NCBI GenBank assembly: GCA_963667175.2
Contig: CAXXXF010000014.1
Coordinates: 334,072-398,071, forward strand
From: Candidatus Latescibacterota bacterium
Lineage (GTDB): Bacteria > Latescibacterota > UBA2968 > GCA-2709665
Length of the DNA stretch: 64,000 nt
Reading direction: 5' to 3'
Shown here piece after piece: positions 18,300-26,873 of this stretch. The notes beneath the pieces were generated by a model, which was not told where the DNA came from, ran no database searches, and saw nothing but the letters and a program-made list of their open reading frames with translations. Positions within the stretch are counted from its first letter, which is position 1. Every line of letters begins with the position of its first letter. The translations under genes were made by a program, and so were the position numbers.

Positions 18300-20413
18300 A
18301 GCCCGACCTGGATGGCGCTGTACAGGCCGAACGGCGGCGCGGGGATCACCGACATCGCGCCGAAGCCTCGTGTCTCGTACTCGCGGTCGGTCAGGTTCCT
18401 GGCATTGATCCTGATCGTCGCCTGTTTGTACGTGTACGATGCCGAAGCGTCGAGCGTCAGCACGCCGCCGATGCTGAACCGATTGTCCTCGGCGATGAAC
18501 TGGCTGGCCACGTACCTGGCGCCCAGGCCCAGCTCGACGCCGCTGTCGAAGCCCAGCGCGCTCCAGACATTCAAGATATGCCTCGGCGAGAAGGCCGGTC
18601 TGTTGCCGGACCGGTCCAGGTGACGGAACTGCATCCCGGTGGGCGTGGGTACGGCCAGCATTTGCGTAAAGCGCGTCAGTTCCGCATTGGAAAACGCATA
18701 CGTCAGAAAGACGTGGCACCCGCCGCCCGGACGCGCCATCATTTCCAGTTCCAGGCCCCGGGACCGCTGGTCGCCGTCCTGTTTCGTCACACCGGTCTCA
18801 TCGGGAATGCCGATGCCGTACTTCCGCAGATCGAAGACGGCCACTGACGCGTGCAGGCGGTTGTCCACCAGGTACTTTTTCGCGCCCGCCTCGAATTGCG
18901 TGGCCGATTCGACGTCCCGCGGCCCCGCGATGAGGCTGGACGGCGGCGCAAAGGCCCTGCCCGCGCTGGCATAGAAAGTCAGATCCTCCGCAGGATTCAA
19001 CGCCACACCCGCCATCGGACTCAACTCGTTGAACGCTCTCGACGTGGACGTGACCGGGTCGTCGTACCGTATCCGATCGAAGCGACCGCCCACGAACGCC
19101 TGGAAAACATCCGAAAACACAATGCGGTCGACGACAAAGGGCGCAACGACGCCGCTGGTGGCATCAGCCGACCGCGACTGGTCCGGCACCTTGAAATAAG
19201 GGAGCGCGGCCGTCTCAACCGGTTCGAACAGATCGATATTCGGCAGGACCGCCACGTCGAGCGTAAACCTGTCCTGCCACCGCATCAGTTCCAGACCCGC
19301 CAGCAGTGTGTGCCTCGCCTTTCCCGTGGAAAAGGAAAACACGAGCTCGAACTGATTGCCCAGCGCCTTCTGCCTGTCGTCGAGGAGCAGCAACGTCCTG
19401 AACAGGTCCATGCTCCCTGCAGCATTGGGATACACACCGTTGAACAGCGTGCCGTTGGAGATCCAGGAGAAATCCGTGTAATACAGTTTATTGCGCAGCG
19501 TGACCTGCGGCGACAACCGGGTCTGCAGATCCATCCGTACCCTGAGGATCTCCTGGTCTGAAACGTCGAACGGAGACTGGTAGGACCGGGTGCGGGGCAC
19601 ATCGGCCAGTTGCCCGCCAGCCACGGGCAGCCCCGAATCCGACTTGTATTCGCTTGTCACGTATTCAAGATTCGCCGTCGCCGTCGTCTTTTCATTTCGC
19701 AAGGTGACGGCGGGGTTCAGCGCCCAGATCCCACTGTGCTTATCGTCACGGTAGTTGTCCGAGACCTGCCGGAGGCCGTTGAAACGCGCGGCCACCCCCT
19801 GCGCGGGATCCGCCCAGCCCGCATCGACGCTTCCGCGCAGACTCCCAAACGGCCCGTAAGCGGCCCTGGCCTGGAACATGGGCTCGAAGACGGGCTGCTT
19901 CCGGTTCAGATTGACCGATCCGGACAACGGATTGGCGCCATATAGAAACGCGCCCGGCCCCTTCAGCACCTCCACCCGGTCCAGGTTGTAGAGGTTGTAG
20001 AACGTGGCCTCCGGCTCGGACGCGCCGTCCGTCAGCACCAGCCCGCTCGACAGCGAGTCGAATCCGCGAATCACGAAGAAATCCGTCACGCCGAATACCG
20101 TCTGTACGTTTACGCCGCTCACGTTACGAAGCGCGTCGCCGAGGACCACGCCGCTCTGGTGGTCGATCAGGCCCCGATTGACCACGCTGACGCTCGCGGG
20201 CGTCTCGCTCAGCGGAACCGGAATCTTGCTGGCGACGGAACCGATCGTGGCCACCTTTTCCTTGCTCTCGGTCACCACGATCTCTTCACCGGCATAAACC
20301 GGAAGGTCGTCCCCGGCGTCCTCGTCGGCCTTGTCGTCCGCGGCAAACGAGGCGTTTACCAGCAGACCCAGAAGAACGGCAGCCACCAAACCCGTTCGGC
20401 ATAGAAACGACAT
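18296..20413 (-). CDS. TonB-dependent receptor (siderophore-receptor type)
   Basis: Signal peptide, EEIVVT, ETPASVSVV, FVIRGF, DRVEVLKGP, NLTDREY C-terminal motif. Confidence 0.9.
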   Translation of the reverse strand: MSFLCRTGLVAAVLLGLLVNASFAADDKADEDAGDDLPVYAGEEIVVTESKEKVATIGSVASKIPVPLSETPASVSVVNRGLIDHQSGVVLGDALRNVSGVNVQTVFGVTDFFVIRGFDSLSSGLVLTDGASEPEATFYNLYNLDRVEVLKGPGAFLYGANPLSGSVNLNRKQPVFEPMFQARAAYGPFGSLRGSVDAGWADPAQGVAARFNGLRQVSDNYRDDKHSGIWALNPAVTLRNEKTTATANLEYVTSEYKSDSGLPVAGGQLADVPRTRSYQSPFDVSDQEILRVRMDLQTRLSPQVTLRNKLYYTDFSWISNGTLFNGVYPNAAGSMDLFRTLLLLDDRQKALGNQFELVFSFSTGKARHTLLAGLELMRWQDRFTLDVAVLPNIDLFEPVETAALPYFKVPDQSRSADATSGVVAPFVVDRIVFSDVFQAFVGGRFDRIRYDDPVTSTSRAFNELSPMAGVALNPAEDLTFYASAGRAFAPPSSLIAGPRDVESATQFEAGAKKYLVDNRLHASVAVFDLRKYGIGIPDETGVTKQDGDQRSRGLELEMMARPGGGCHVFLTYAFSNAELTRFTQMLAVPTPTGMQFRHLDRSGNRPAFSPRHILNVWSALGFDSGVELGLGARYVASQFIAEDNRFSIGGVLTLDASASYTYKQATIRINARNLTDREYETRGFGAMSVIPAPPFGLYSAIQVGL

Positions 20414-20437
20414 TTGATTTCCTTTCCACGGATCCAA

Positions 20438-21655
20438 CTATCTGCCCTGCCTGAGATCCAGACAGACGATCTTACGCATGTCCCTGACGAACACGCGGCC
20501 GTTGGCCAGCGTCGGCATCGTCCAGCTTCGGCCCGTAAGCACCTGGGCGCCGGCCTTCTCCTTGAATCCTTCGGGCGTTGCCCGCGCCATCGCCAGCCTT
20601 CCGTTGTCGCTCAACAGGATGAGGTGCCCGTCCGCGTATATCAACGCCCCCTTGCCGTACCCGCGGTGTTTCCATTGCTCTTTTCCCGTCAGGGCTTCGA
20701 TACACTTCAAGATGGCGTTATCGAATCCGTAGATATAGTCCCCGACCAGCACGGACGTGCCGAAATGGTTCTTCATCCGCCGGCTTTCCCAGACTCTGGT
20801 CACCGTCATCCCGTCAGCGCCTCCCTCGATTCGCAGCAGGGTTGCGCCGTGGTCATAGCCCGAGGAAATGAAGATCTGATTCGGCGGCACGAAGATGGGC
20901 GTTGCGATATTCAGATCGTACGACGTCTTCCACGGGTACCTCCAGTACAGGGACCCATCCACCGGCGAAAGGCCGACCGCGGCGTCACCCGAAAAATAGA
21001 CCACCTGCCGCGCGCTGGCGAGATCCACCGCGATTGGCGATGAATACGAAGCCACGTCGTTCTGGGAAGCCCAGACGACTTCGCCGTCCGTCCTGCGCAA
21101 TGCCAGAAACGTGCCCTTGCGGGTGGCCGCCTCCAGGAATAACCGGTCGCCTTCCACCAGAGCCGAATTCGAAAAGCCGAACCGGGGAAACCGCCCGCCC
21201 AGCCCGTCGACCAGGTCCACGGACCAGATCATCTTGCCGTTCACCACGTTCAGCGCGTACAACCCGCCCTCCGCGCCCAGGACGTAGACCCGATCGCCGT
21301 CGACCGTCGGCTGCGATCGGGGTCCGTCGCCACCCTGCCATTCCTCGAACTTCGCACCTGTCCTGAACCGCCAGATTTCTTCGCCGGATTCTTCACGCAG
21401 ACAGATGACGAACTCATCGTCACCCTCGGCGAACATGGTGAAGACGCGGCCGTTCGCGACCGAAATGCCCGAAAACCCCTCGCCGAGGTTCTTCTTCCAC
21501 GCAACCGCCGGACCGCCCTTCGGCCATTCCTTAAGGAATCCGGTCTCGGTCGAGATTCCCGTTCGATCAGGACCCAACCATTGGGGCCAATCCGCTCGAA
21601 CAGATTGGACGTTGAGCAACAGAAAGACAACGGTCAAAACCGATATTTCACGCAT
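20438..21655 (-). CDS. Secreted PQQ-binding-like beta-propeller repeat protein
   Basis: Signal peptide, DWPQWLGP, GPRSQPTV, SYSSP, SWTMP. Confidence 0.85.
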   Translation of the reverse strand: MREISVLTVVFLLLNVQSVRADWPQWLGPDRTGISTETGFLKEWPKGGPAVAWKKNLGEGFSGISVANGRVFTMFAEGDDEFVICLREESGEEIWRFRTGAKFEEWQGGDGPRSQPTVDGDRVYVLGAEGGLYALNVVNGKMIWSVDLVDGLGGRFPRFGFSNSALVEGDRLFLEAATRKGTFLALRRTDGEVVWASQNDVASYSSPIAVDLASARQVVYFSGDAAVGLSPVDGSLYWRYPWKTSYDLNIATPIFVPPNQIFISSGYDHGATLLRIEGGADGMTVTRVWESRRMKNHFGTSVLVGDYIYGFDNAILKCIEALTGKEQWKHRGYGKGALIYADGHLILLSDNGRLAMARATPEGFKEKAGAQVLTGRSWTMPTLANGRVFVRDMRKIVCLDLRQGR

Positions 21656-21697
21656 CTTGCGCTAATCCTTTCTGAACAGTCCGGACGACCAGTATTC

Positions 21698-21725
21698 GTA
21701 GGGGCGACCGGCCGGTCGCCCCTAC
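21698..21725. repeat. REP-like perfect palindrome (GTAG class)
   Basis: GTAGGGGCGACCGG|CCGGTCGCCCCTAC, intergenic; related partial copy at 63972-63993. Confidence 0.75.
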
Positions 21726-21749
21726 ATCGGACGCCGGCTTGGGAGGGCT

Positions 21750-23096
21750 TCACGTGTACCTCGAATCCCGATAGACCTCGTGATAGAACTCCGGCAACAA
21801 CTGATCGACGCGCAATAGTCCATCACGGCTCAGAGTAATACGCTGCGCGTCGAAATCCAGCATGCCGAAATCTCTCAGCTTCCGGTAGGCTTCGCCAAAT
21901 CGTTCCAGGATATTCACGCCGAATTTATCCTGAAAATACGCTGTCTCGAGCCGTCCGAGCTTGAGTTGCAGGATCATTTCGCGTACCAGGCGCTCCCCGT
22001 CGGTGGGCAGGAAGGACCTGTTCAGCGGCAGGCGCCCCTGCATACATGCGTCTACATAGGGGTCCCACTGCGTGTGATTCTGAAAGTGTATCCCGCCCAC
22101 GTGCGAAAACGACGCGACGCCCGCGCCGATCAGGTCCGCGCTCCGCCAGAGCGCGTCCCGATAGACAAACCGCTTCGGTCGACCCTTCCTGACCATCGTA
22201 TAGGCGCTCGAGATCTCGTATCCGGCCTCGGCGAACGCGTCGATCGCATGGGCATGCCAGTCGCGCTTCGTGTCCCAGTCGGCAACCGTCAATCCGTTTC
22301 CATCCAGAAGCGTCCGGGAGTACGTCGTATTGAACGGCAGCTCCATCTGATAGATCGTGACACTGTCCGGGTCCAGGTCGATCGTGCCCTGCACCGTCTC
22401 CTTCCAGGTCCGCCAGGTTTCGCCCACCATTCCCGAAATCAGGTCCACGTTCACCTGTTCGAACGCCTGCGCCTTCACCCAGTCCATGGACCGGTAGATC
22501 TCTTTGCCGACGTGCGCCCGGCCGTTCTCCTTCAGGATCCCGTCGTTCAGATTCTCCAGCCCCAGGCTCAGGCGGGTCACGCCAATCTCGCGAATGGCCT
22601 CCACCTTCGGCTGCGAAAGCGTGCCCGGCTCACACTCGAACGCCACCTCTTCGGCGTCGTCCCACGGCAACACGGCCTTCAGCCGGTCCACCAGCGCCTC
22701 CAGGTGCTTCACGCTGATGTACGACGGCGTTCCCCCTCCGAAATAGACGAACTGCAGACTGCGACCGGCGATTCTCGGCATCCCGGCGTAATTTTCCACC
22801 TCTCGGGCCAGCGCATCCAGATAGAGCTGAATTTCGGAACTGTTGCGGTCCGTATACACGCGAAAATAGCAGAACTTGCATCGCTTCCTGCAAAACGGGA
22901 TATGCAGATACAGTCCGAGCGGCACATCCCCGGCCGAAGGATCCGAAACCTGGAACATCGCTTCGACCTGCGGGTTGTGCTCGTCCCGCCAGAACGAATA
23001 CGGCGGATAGTTGGACACGAAGACGCTGCCGACCGCGGTTTCCTTCCATTCCTTCCTGGAGGTCGCGGGTTCCGGAACGTGAACCTGGTTGCTCAT
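21750..23096 (-). CDS. HemN-like radical SAM protein
   Basis: LYLHIPFCRKRCKFCYF (CxxxCxxC), YFGGGTPS, RLSLG, NVDLISG. Confidence 0.9.
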   Translation of the reverse strand: MSNQVHVPEPATSRKEWKETAVGSVFVSNYPPYSFWRDEHNPQVEAMFQVSDPSAGDVPLGLYLHIPFCRKRCKFCYFRVYTDRNSSEIQLYLDALAREVENYAGMPRIAGRSLQFVYFGGGTPSYISVKHLEALVDRLKAVLPWDDAEEVAFECEPGTLSQPKVEAIREIGVTRLSLGLENLNDGILKENGRAHVGKEIYRSMDWVKAQAFEQVNVDLISGMVGETWRTWKETVQGTIDLDPDSVTIYQMELPFNTTYSRTLLDGNGLTVADWDTKRDWHAHAIDAFAEAGYEISSAYTMVRKGRPKRFVYRDALWRSADLIGAGVASFSHVGGIHFQNHTQWDPYVDACMQGRLPLNRSFLPTDGERLVREMILQLKLGRLETAYFQDKFGVNILERFGEAYRKLRDFGMLDFDAQRITLSRDGLLRVDQLLPEFYHEVYRDSRYT

Positions 23097-24250
23097 TCTC
23101 CCGCCTCATTGCCAAAACAGTACAACGTCCCGTCTGTGGCGCCGATCACGAGCCTCCCGCCGGCCACGCTCGGCGACGCCAGGACTCCCGAACCGGTCAC
23201 GAATTCCCAGCCCGGTTCGCCCGAGTCCAGATCCAGCGCAACGATCCTCCCGCCGGTCGTGCCCACGAACGCGCGTTTGCCCGCGATAACCGGCGAGGAA
23301 TCGACTCGGGAACGGAACGCGCGAATCCACAACACGTCGCCGTTGTCCGGACGCAGCGCGCGCACCATCCTGTCGCGCCCGGCGACAATCACGTGACCTT
23401 GCGCAACCGCCGGCGACGCGTAGTAGGGAAACTTCCGGGTGGGGTGTTCGTACCGCCACAGCACCTTCGCCGCCCGCAGATCCATGCCCAGGACCTGGTT
23501 GCCGAATGTTCCCGCAAAGGCCCGACCATTGCGCACGGCAACGCTCGCCGCCACGTAGTCGTACAGTTCCACCCTCGATACTTCCTCTCCGCCGGCCGCG
23601 TTCACCATCCGCAGCAGACCGTCGCATCCGGCGACAAGCGCGCGTTCGCCCCAGATGGCCGGGGTTCCGTGAACGTATCCCTCCGTCTCCAGCTTCCAGA
23701 CCAGCGACCCGTCCTCCGCATCGAGACAGTACAGGAACTGATCGTAGGACCCGAAGATCACCCGGCCTTCGTACACGGTGGCGGAAGAGATGATCTCTCC
23801 CCCGGTCCGATAGGTCCACAATCCCTTGCCAGACGTCGCATCCACGGCGTGAAAGCCGCCGTCTCCGTCTCCGAAGAAAACCGCATTTGCCGCCACCAGC
23901 GGGGAGGCCTTGATTTCTCCCCCGGCCGGGTATTTCCATTTCAACGCGCCGGTGTCGAAATCGAAGGCATAGAGATTGCCGTCCAGCCCGCCGACGAAAA
24001 CGGCGCCCTTCCGGATCGCCGCCGTGGACTCGATGCCCTCGGATACGCGGGCAGTCCACGCGACAACCGGACTGTCGGGCAGGGATTCCCGGGCGAGCCC
24101 CGTGGATTGAGCGTCGCCCCGGAACCGCGGCCAGGACGTCTCGGCGGTGACGCGGACGGGTACCGGTACGTACAAGACGCACAATAAGAGAAAAACGTTC
24201 CATCCGCGACCCACGTTTCGCCGCGCCCGAAATTCAATACGTCTCTTCAT
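23093..24250 (-). CDS. PQQ-binding-like (BamB/AfsK-type) beta-propeller repeat protein
   Basis: WPRFRGD followed by regular blades SSP-x-V...G..DG.LY..D...G...W; start chosen at ATG 24250. Confidence 0.85.
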   Translation of the reverse strand: MKRRIEFRARRNVGRGWNVFLLLCVLYVPVPVRVTAETSWPRFRGDAQSTGLARESLPDSPVVAWTARVSEGIESTAAIRKGAVFVGGLDGNLYAFDFDTGALKWKYPAGGEIKASPLVAANAVFFGDGDGGFHAVDATSGKGLWTYRTGGEIISSATVYEGRVIFGSYDQFLYCLDAEDGSLVWKLETEGYVHGTPAIWGERALVAGCDGLLRMVNAAGGEEVSRVELYDYVAASVAVRNGRAFAGTFGNQVLGMDLRAAKVLWRYEHPTRKFPYYASPAVAQGHVIVAGRDRMVRALRPDNGDVLWIRAFRSRVDSSPVIAGKRAFVGTTGGRIVALDLDSGEPGWEFVTGSGVLASPSVAGGRLVIGATDGTLYCFGNEAGE

Positions 24251-25349
24251 ATAGCGCCAGATAATCGGTTTCCCGGACCGGCCGTGGGTTGAACGTTCCC
24301 GTCCACTGGCGCGCCGCGGCGGACGCCAATTCGGGGAGCCGCTCCCGTTCAACGCGCAGTTCACGAAGACGCGCCGGCAATTCCGCCGCGCGTGCGAATC
24401 GCTCGATCCGATGGGCGAGCGCGCCGGCCGGCATCCCGAACCCTTCGAAGCGCGCCGCGTCCGTTTCCCCGTTGAACCGGATCACCGGCGGAAGCATCAC
24501 ACCGACCGCAACGCCGTGTGTAATTCCGTATCGGGCCGTCAGCGGGTTTGCGCACGCGTGGGCGGCGCCGAGCATCGCGTTCTCGATCGCCGCTCCCGCG
24601 AAATGCGCGCCCAGAAGCATCGCAGCCCTGGCGCCCGGATCCGCCGCCGGTTCGAGAGACCCTTCGAAGCCCGACGAGAGCAGCCGCCACGCCTCGCGCG
24701 CGTACATGCGCGACACCGCGTTCCGCTTTGTACAGACGTAACTTTCCACGGCGTGCGCGACGGCGTCTATGCCCGACGCGGCCGCAACGTGCCCTGGGAC
24801 GCTTGCCGTGAGTGCGGGATCCAGAATGACGCCTCGAAACCGCGCCCCGAGGTCGCCGCAGGCCATCTTCTCGTGAGTGTCCCGCGTGGCAATCAGCGCA
24901 TAGGACTGGGCCTCGCTTCCCGTCCCCGCGGTGGTCGGAATGCCGATCGACGGAAGCATCGGGCGCTTTGCCCCGCCCATCCCGCGGTAGTCCTCGATGC
25001 GCCCGCCGTTGGTGAGAATGAAATTGATCCCTTTGGCGCAGTCCATCGCGCTCCCGCCGCCAATCCCCACGATCAGATCGGTCCCGCCGCGCGCCCCGGC
25101 GAACGCCACCCCTGCGTCCACGTGGGCCGTTGTCGGGTTCTCCTCCACGTCGTCGAACAGAAAGACGTCGCGCCCCGATCCGCGCAGCAAGTCCAACGCC
25201 CTGTCCGCGATGCCCGCGCTGACGATCCCCGGATCGCTCACGAGCAGAGTTCGTCGTCCGCCCAGTCCATTCGCCAGTTCCGGGAGCTGCGCCAGCGCGC
25301 CCTCTCCGAAGATCACACGCGGTGCGGGATGGAGGTCGAAGGGTTCCAT
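24234..25349 (-). CDS. Iron-containing alcohol dehydrogenase
   Basis: GGGSAMD, PTTAGTGSE, DAVAHAVE, LGAAHACA, HGVAVG metal ligands. Confidence 0.92.
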   Translation of the reverse strand: MEPFDLHPAPRVIFGEGALAQLPELANGLGGRRTLLVSDPGIVSAGIADRALDLLRGSGRDVFLFDDVEENPTTAHVDAGVAFAGARGGTDLIVGIGGGSAMDCAKGINFILTNGGRIEDYRGMGGAKRPMLPSIGIPTTAGTGSEAQSYALIATRDTHEKMACGDLGARFRGVILDPALTASVPGHVAAASGIDAVAHAVESYVCTKRNAVSRMYAREAWRLLSSGFEGSLEPAADPGARAAMLLGAHFAGAAIENAMLGAAHACANPLTARYGITHGVAVGVMLPPVIRFNGETDAARFEGFGMPAGALAHRIERFARAAELPARLRELRVERERLPELASAAARQWTGTFNPRPVRETDYLALYEETY

Positions 25350-25359
25350 TCGAGGATAC

Positions 25360-26823
25360 CTACGCACTCCTTGCGAACTGAAAGGCGCGCTGACGGTAGA
25401 GATGCTCGAATAGATTGCCTTCGTGAGGCTGGTCCCACGAAATCCGGTTCGTGGGAATCGGCCCCGCGTTCAGCCGATCCACGTGCGGTGAATTCAGCAA
25501 CTCGCCGACGAGGTCTTCATCCTCCGTCAACACCGTGACCACGAGGCTGGGCCCGATCCGGTCCGGCAATCCGACCCGGGGCGCTTCAACCACGCTCGAA
25601 TACGGAAAGAGGTATTCCGTATTCGCCAGGGGGTGTTCAGGAGATTCACACCAGACCAGCGTCGGATTCAGGAACGTCAGGCCGTCCAGTTCGGCAAGCC
25701 GGTCGCCGCGCAGGCCCCCGGTCAGATCCTCCGCGCCACCGCTTTTCAGATGGACATCGATAACGTTTGAAATTTGGGCGGCAATCGCCGGATTGGAAAA
25801 GGCGGCAATCCGAGCTTGCGGGTCGTGCAGCGGCCTGGGCTCGATTCGCGCGAGCCGGCGCGCGATCGCTTCGGCAATCTCGCGGCCGTACGCAGGCGTC
25901 CAAACACCCGACGCGTTGATACAGGAACGTCCGCCGTTGGCCGCGATCGAAACCAGGATCACATCCAGATAATCCTCCCATCGGTGAACCAGGTCTTCGC
26001 CCAGAATCACCTTGCTGCGGCCCGGACCGTGGATCGAAACCCGCGGATCCCTCTGCCACGGTTCGACCGTAGCGCCGCCCCCGAACAAAAGGGAGCGCCC
26101 GCATCGCAGAAGGATTTCGTTGGCGCCAGCGTGCCCGGTCGGATAGATCCCGAACGCCTCGCGCGGACATCCCGCGGCAATAAACGCCTGTGCAATCCGA
26201 AAGGGCGTCCACGGGTCCTCACGGCCGGGCTTCAGTACCAGGGGCGCCTTCAGCGACGGCGACGGAATCCAGAGCGAATGCACGCCGGGCGAATTGCTCG
26301 GCAACACGGCGCCAAGGGCGTCGGTCTCGCAGACATAGCTCAGCGGCCGGCCGTTTTGCGGACCCCACCCCCGGTCAAGCACGGACAGATCCAGCTGGCG
26401 CGTCAGACCGGCGAGTACGTCGTCGATCTGTGAACAAGCCAACCGGATCTTTTCCATATTCTCCCGGCAGAGGGTCTCGGGAATCCCCGTGGTACCCGAT
26501 ACCTGGCGGACGTAGTCTCCGGGCGATTGCGACTCGTTGTGTAGCGGCAGGTCCGCCTCCGCGAACAGTCGGCCGGCCCGGCGCGTCACGGCTGCAAGAT
26601 CGGAGACGCTGAACGCCTCGAGTGCCCGTCTATTTCCTTCCGCGGCGTTCAGATCCCTCGCGATCAGACCCGGATTCGCGTGGCTCACGCGGACGAGGGG
26701 TTCCCCGGTCTGAACGTGCGGGACTTCCTGGACGTCCAGACTTGCGTATGGCTCTCCCGCTCGCAGAACCGGGATATGGGTCACGCCATCCTCCTGGTTC
26801 GTCAGTTCAGCCTGTGCCGTCAT
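25360..26823 (-). CDS. Aldehyde dehydrogenase-fold protein (GriD/EhpG-like acyl reductase)
   Basis: VLPSNSPGVH, LKPGREDP, HGPGRSK, NGGRSCINAS catalytic Cys, EYLFP; start at ATG 26823. Confidence 0.8.
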   Translation of the reverse strand: MTAQAELTNQEDGVTHIPVLRAGEPYASLDVQEVPHVQTGEPLVRVSHANPGLIARDLNAAEGNRRALEAFSVSDLAAVTRRAGRLFAEADLPLHNESQSPGDYVRQVSGTTGIPETLCRENMEKIRLACSQIDDVLAGLTRQLDLSVLDRGWGPQNGRPLSYVCETDALGAVLPSNSPGVHSLWIPSPSLKAPLVLKPGREDPWTPFRIAQAFIAAGCPREAFGIYPTGHAGANEILLRCGRSLLFGGGATVEPWQRDPRVSIHGPGRSKVILGEDLVHRWEDYLDVILVSIAANGGRSCINASGVWTPAYGREIAEAIARRLARIEPRPLHDPQARIAAFSNPAIAAQISNVIDVHLKSGGAEDLTGGLRGDRLAELDGLTFLNPTLVWCESPEHPLANTEYLFPYSSVVEAPRVGLPDRIGPSLVVTVLTEDEDLVGELLNSPHVDRLNAGPIPTNRISWDQPHEGNLFEHLYRQRAFQFARSA

Positions 26824-26873
26824 CCGCTCCCTGAGCTTGCGGTCCCTGAGTCTGCCGAAGGGTAGGCCACGGG

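Noticed and set aside
18300-18719. Long N-terminal extension of the PaaK-like ORF
   Set aside because: Overlaps the TonB receptor gene; ATGA coupling at 18299 is the better start
21750-23096. Assigning the gene symbol hemN
   Set aside because: Family motif only; context and N-terminus do not support heme biosynthesis
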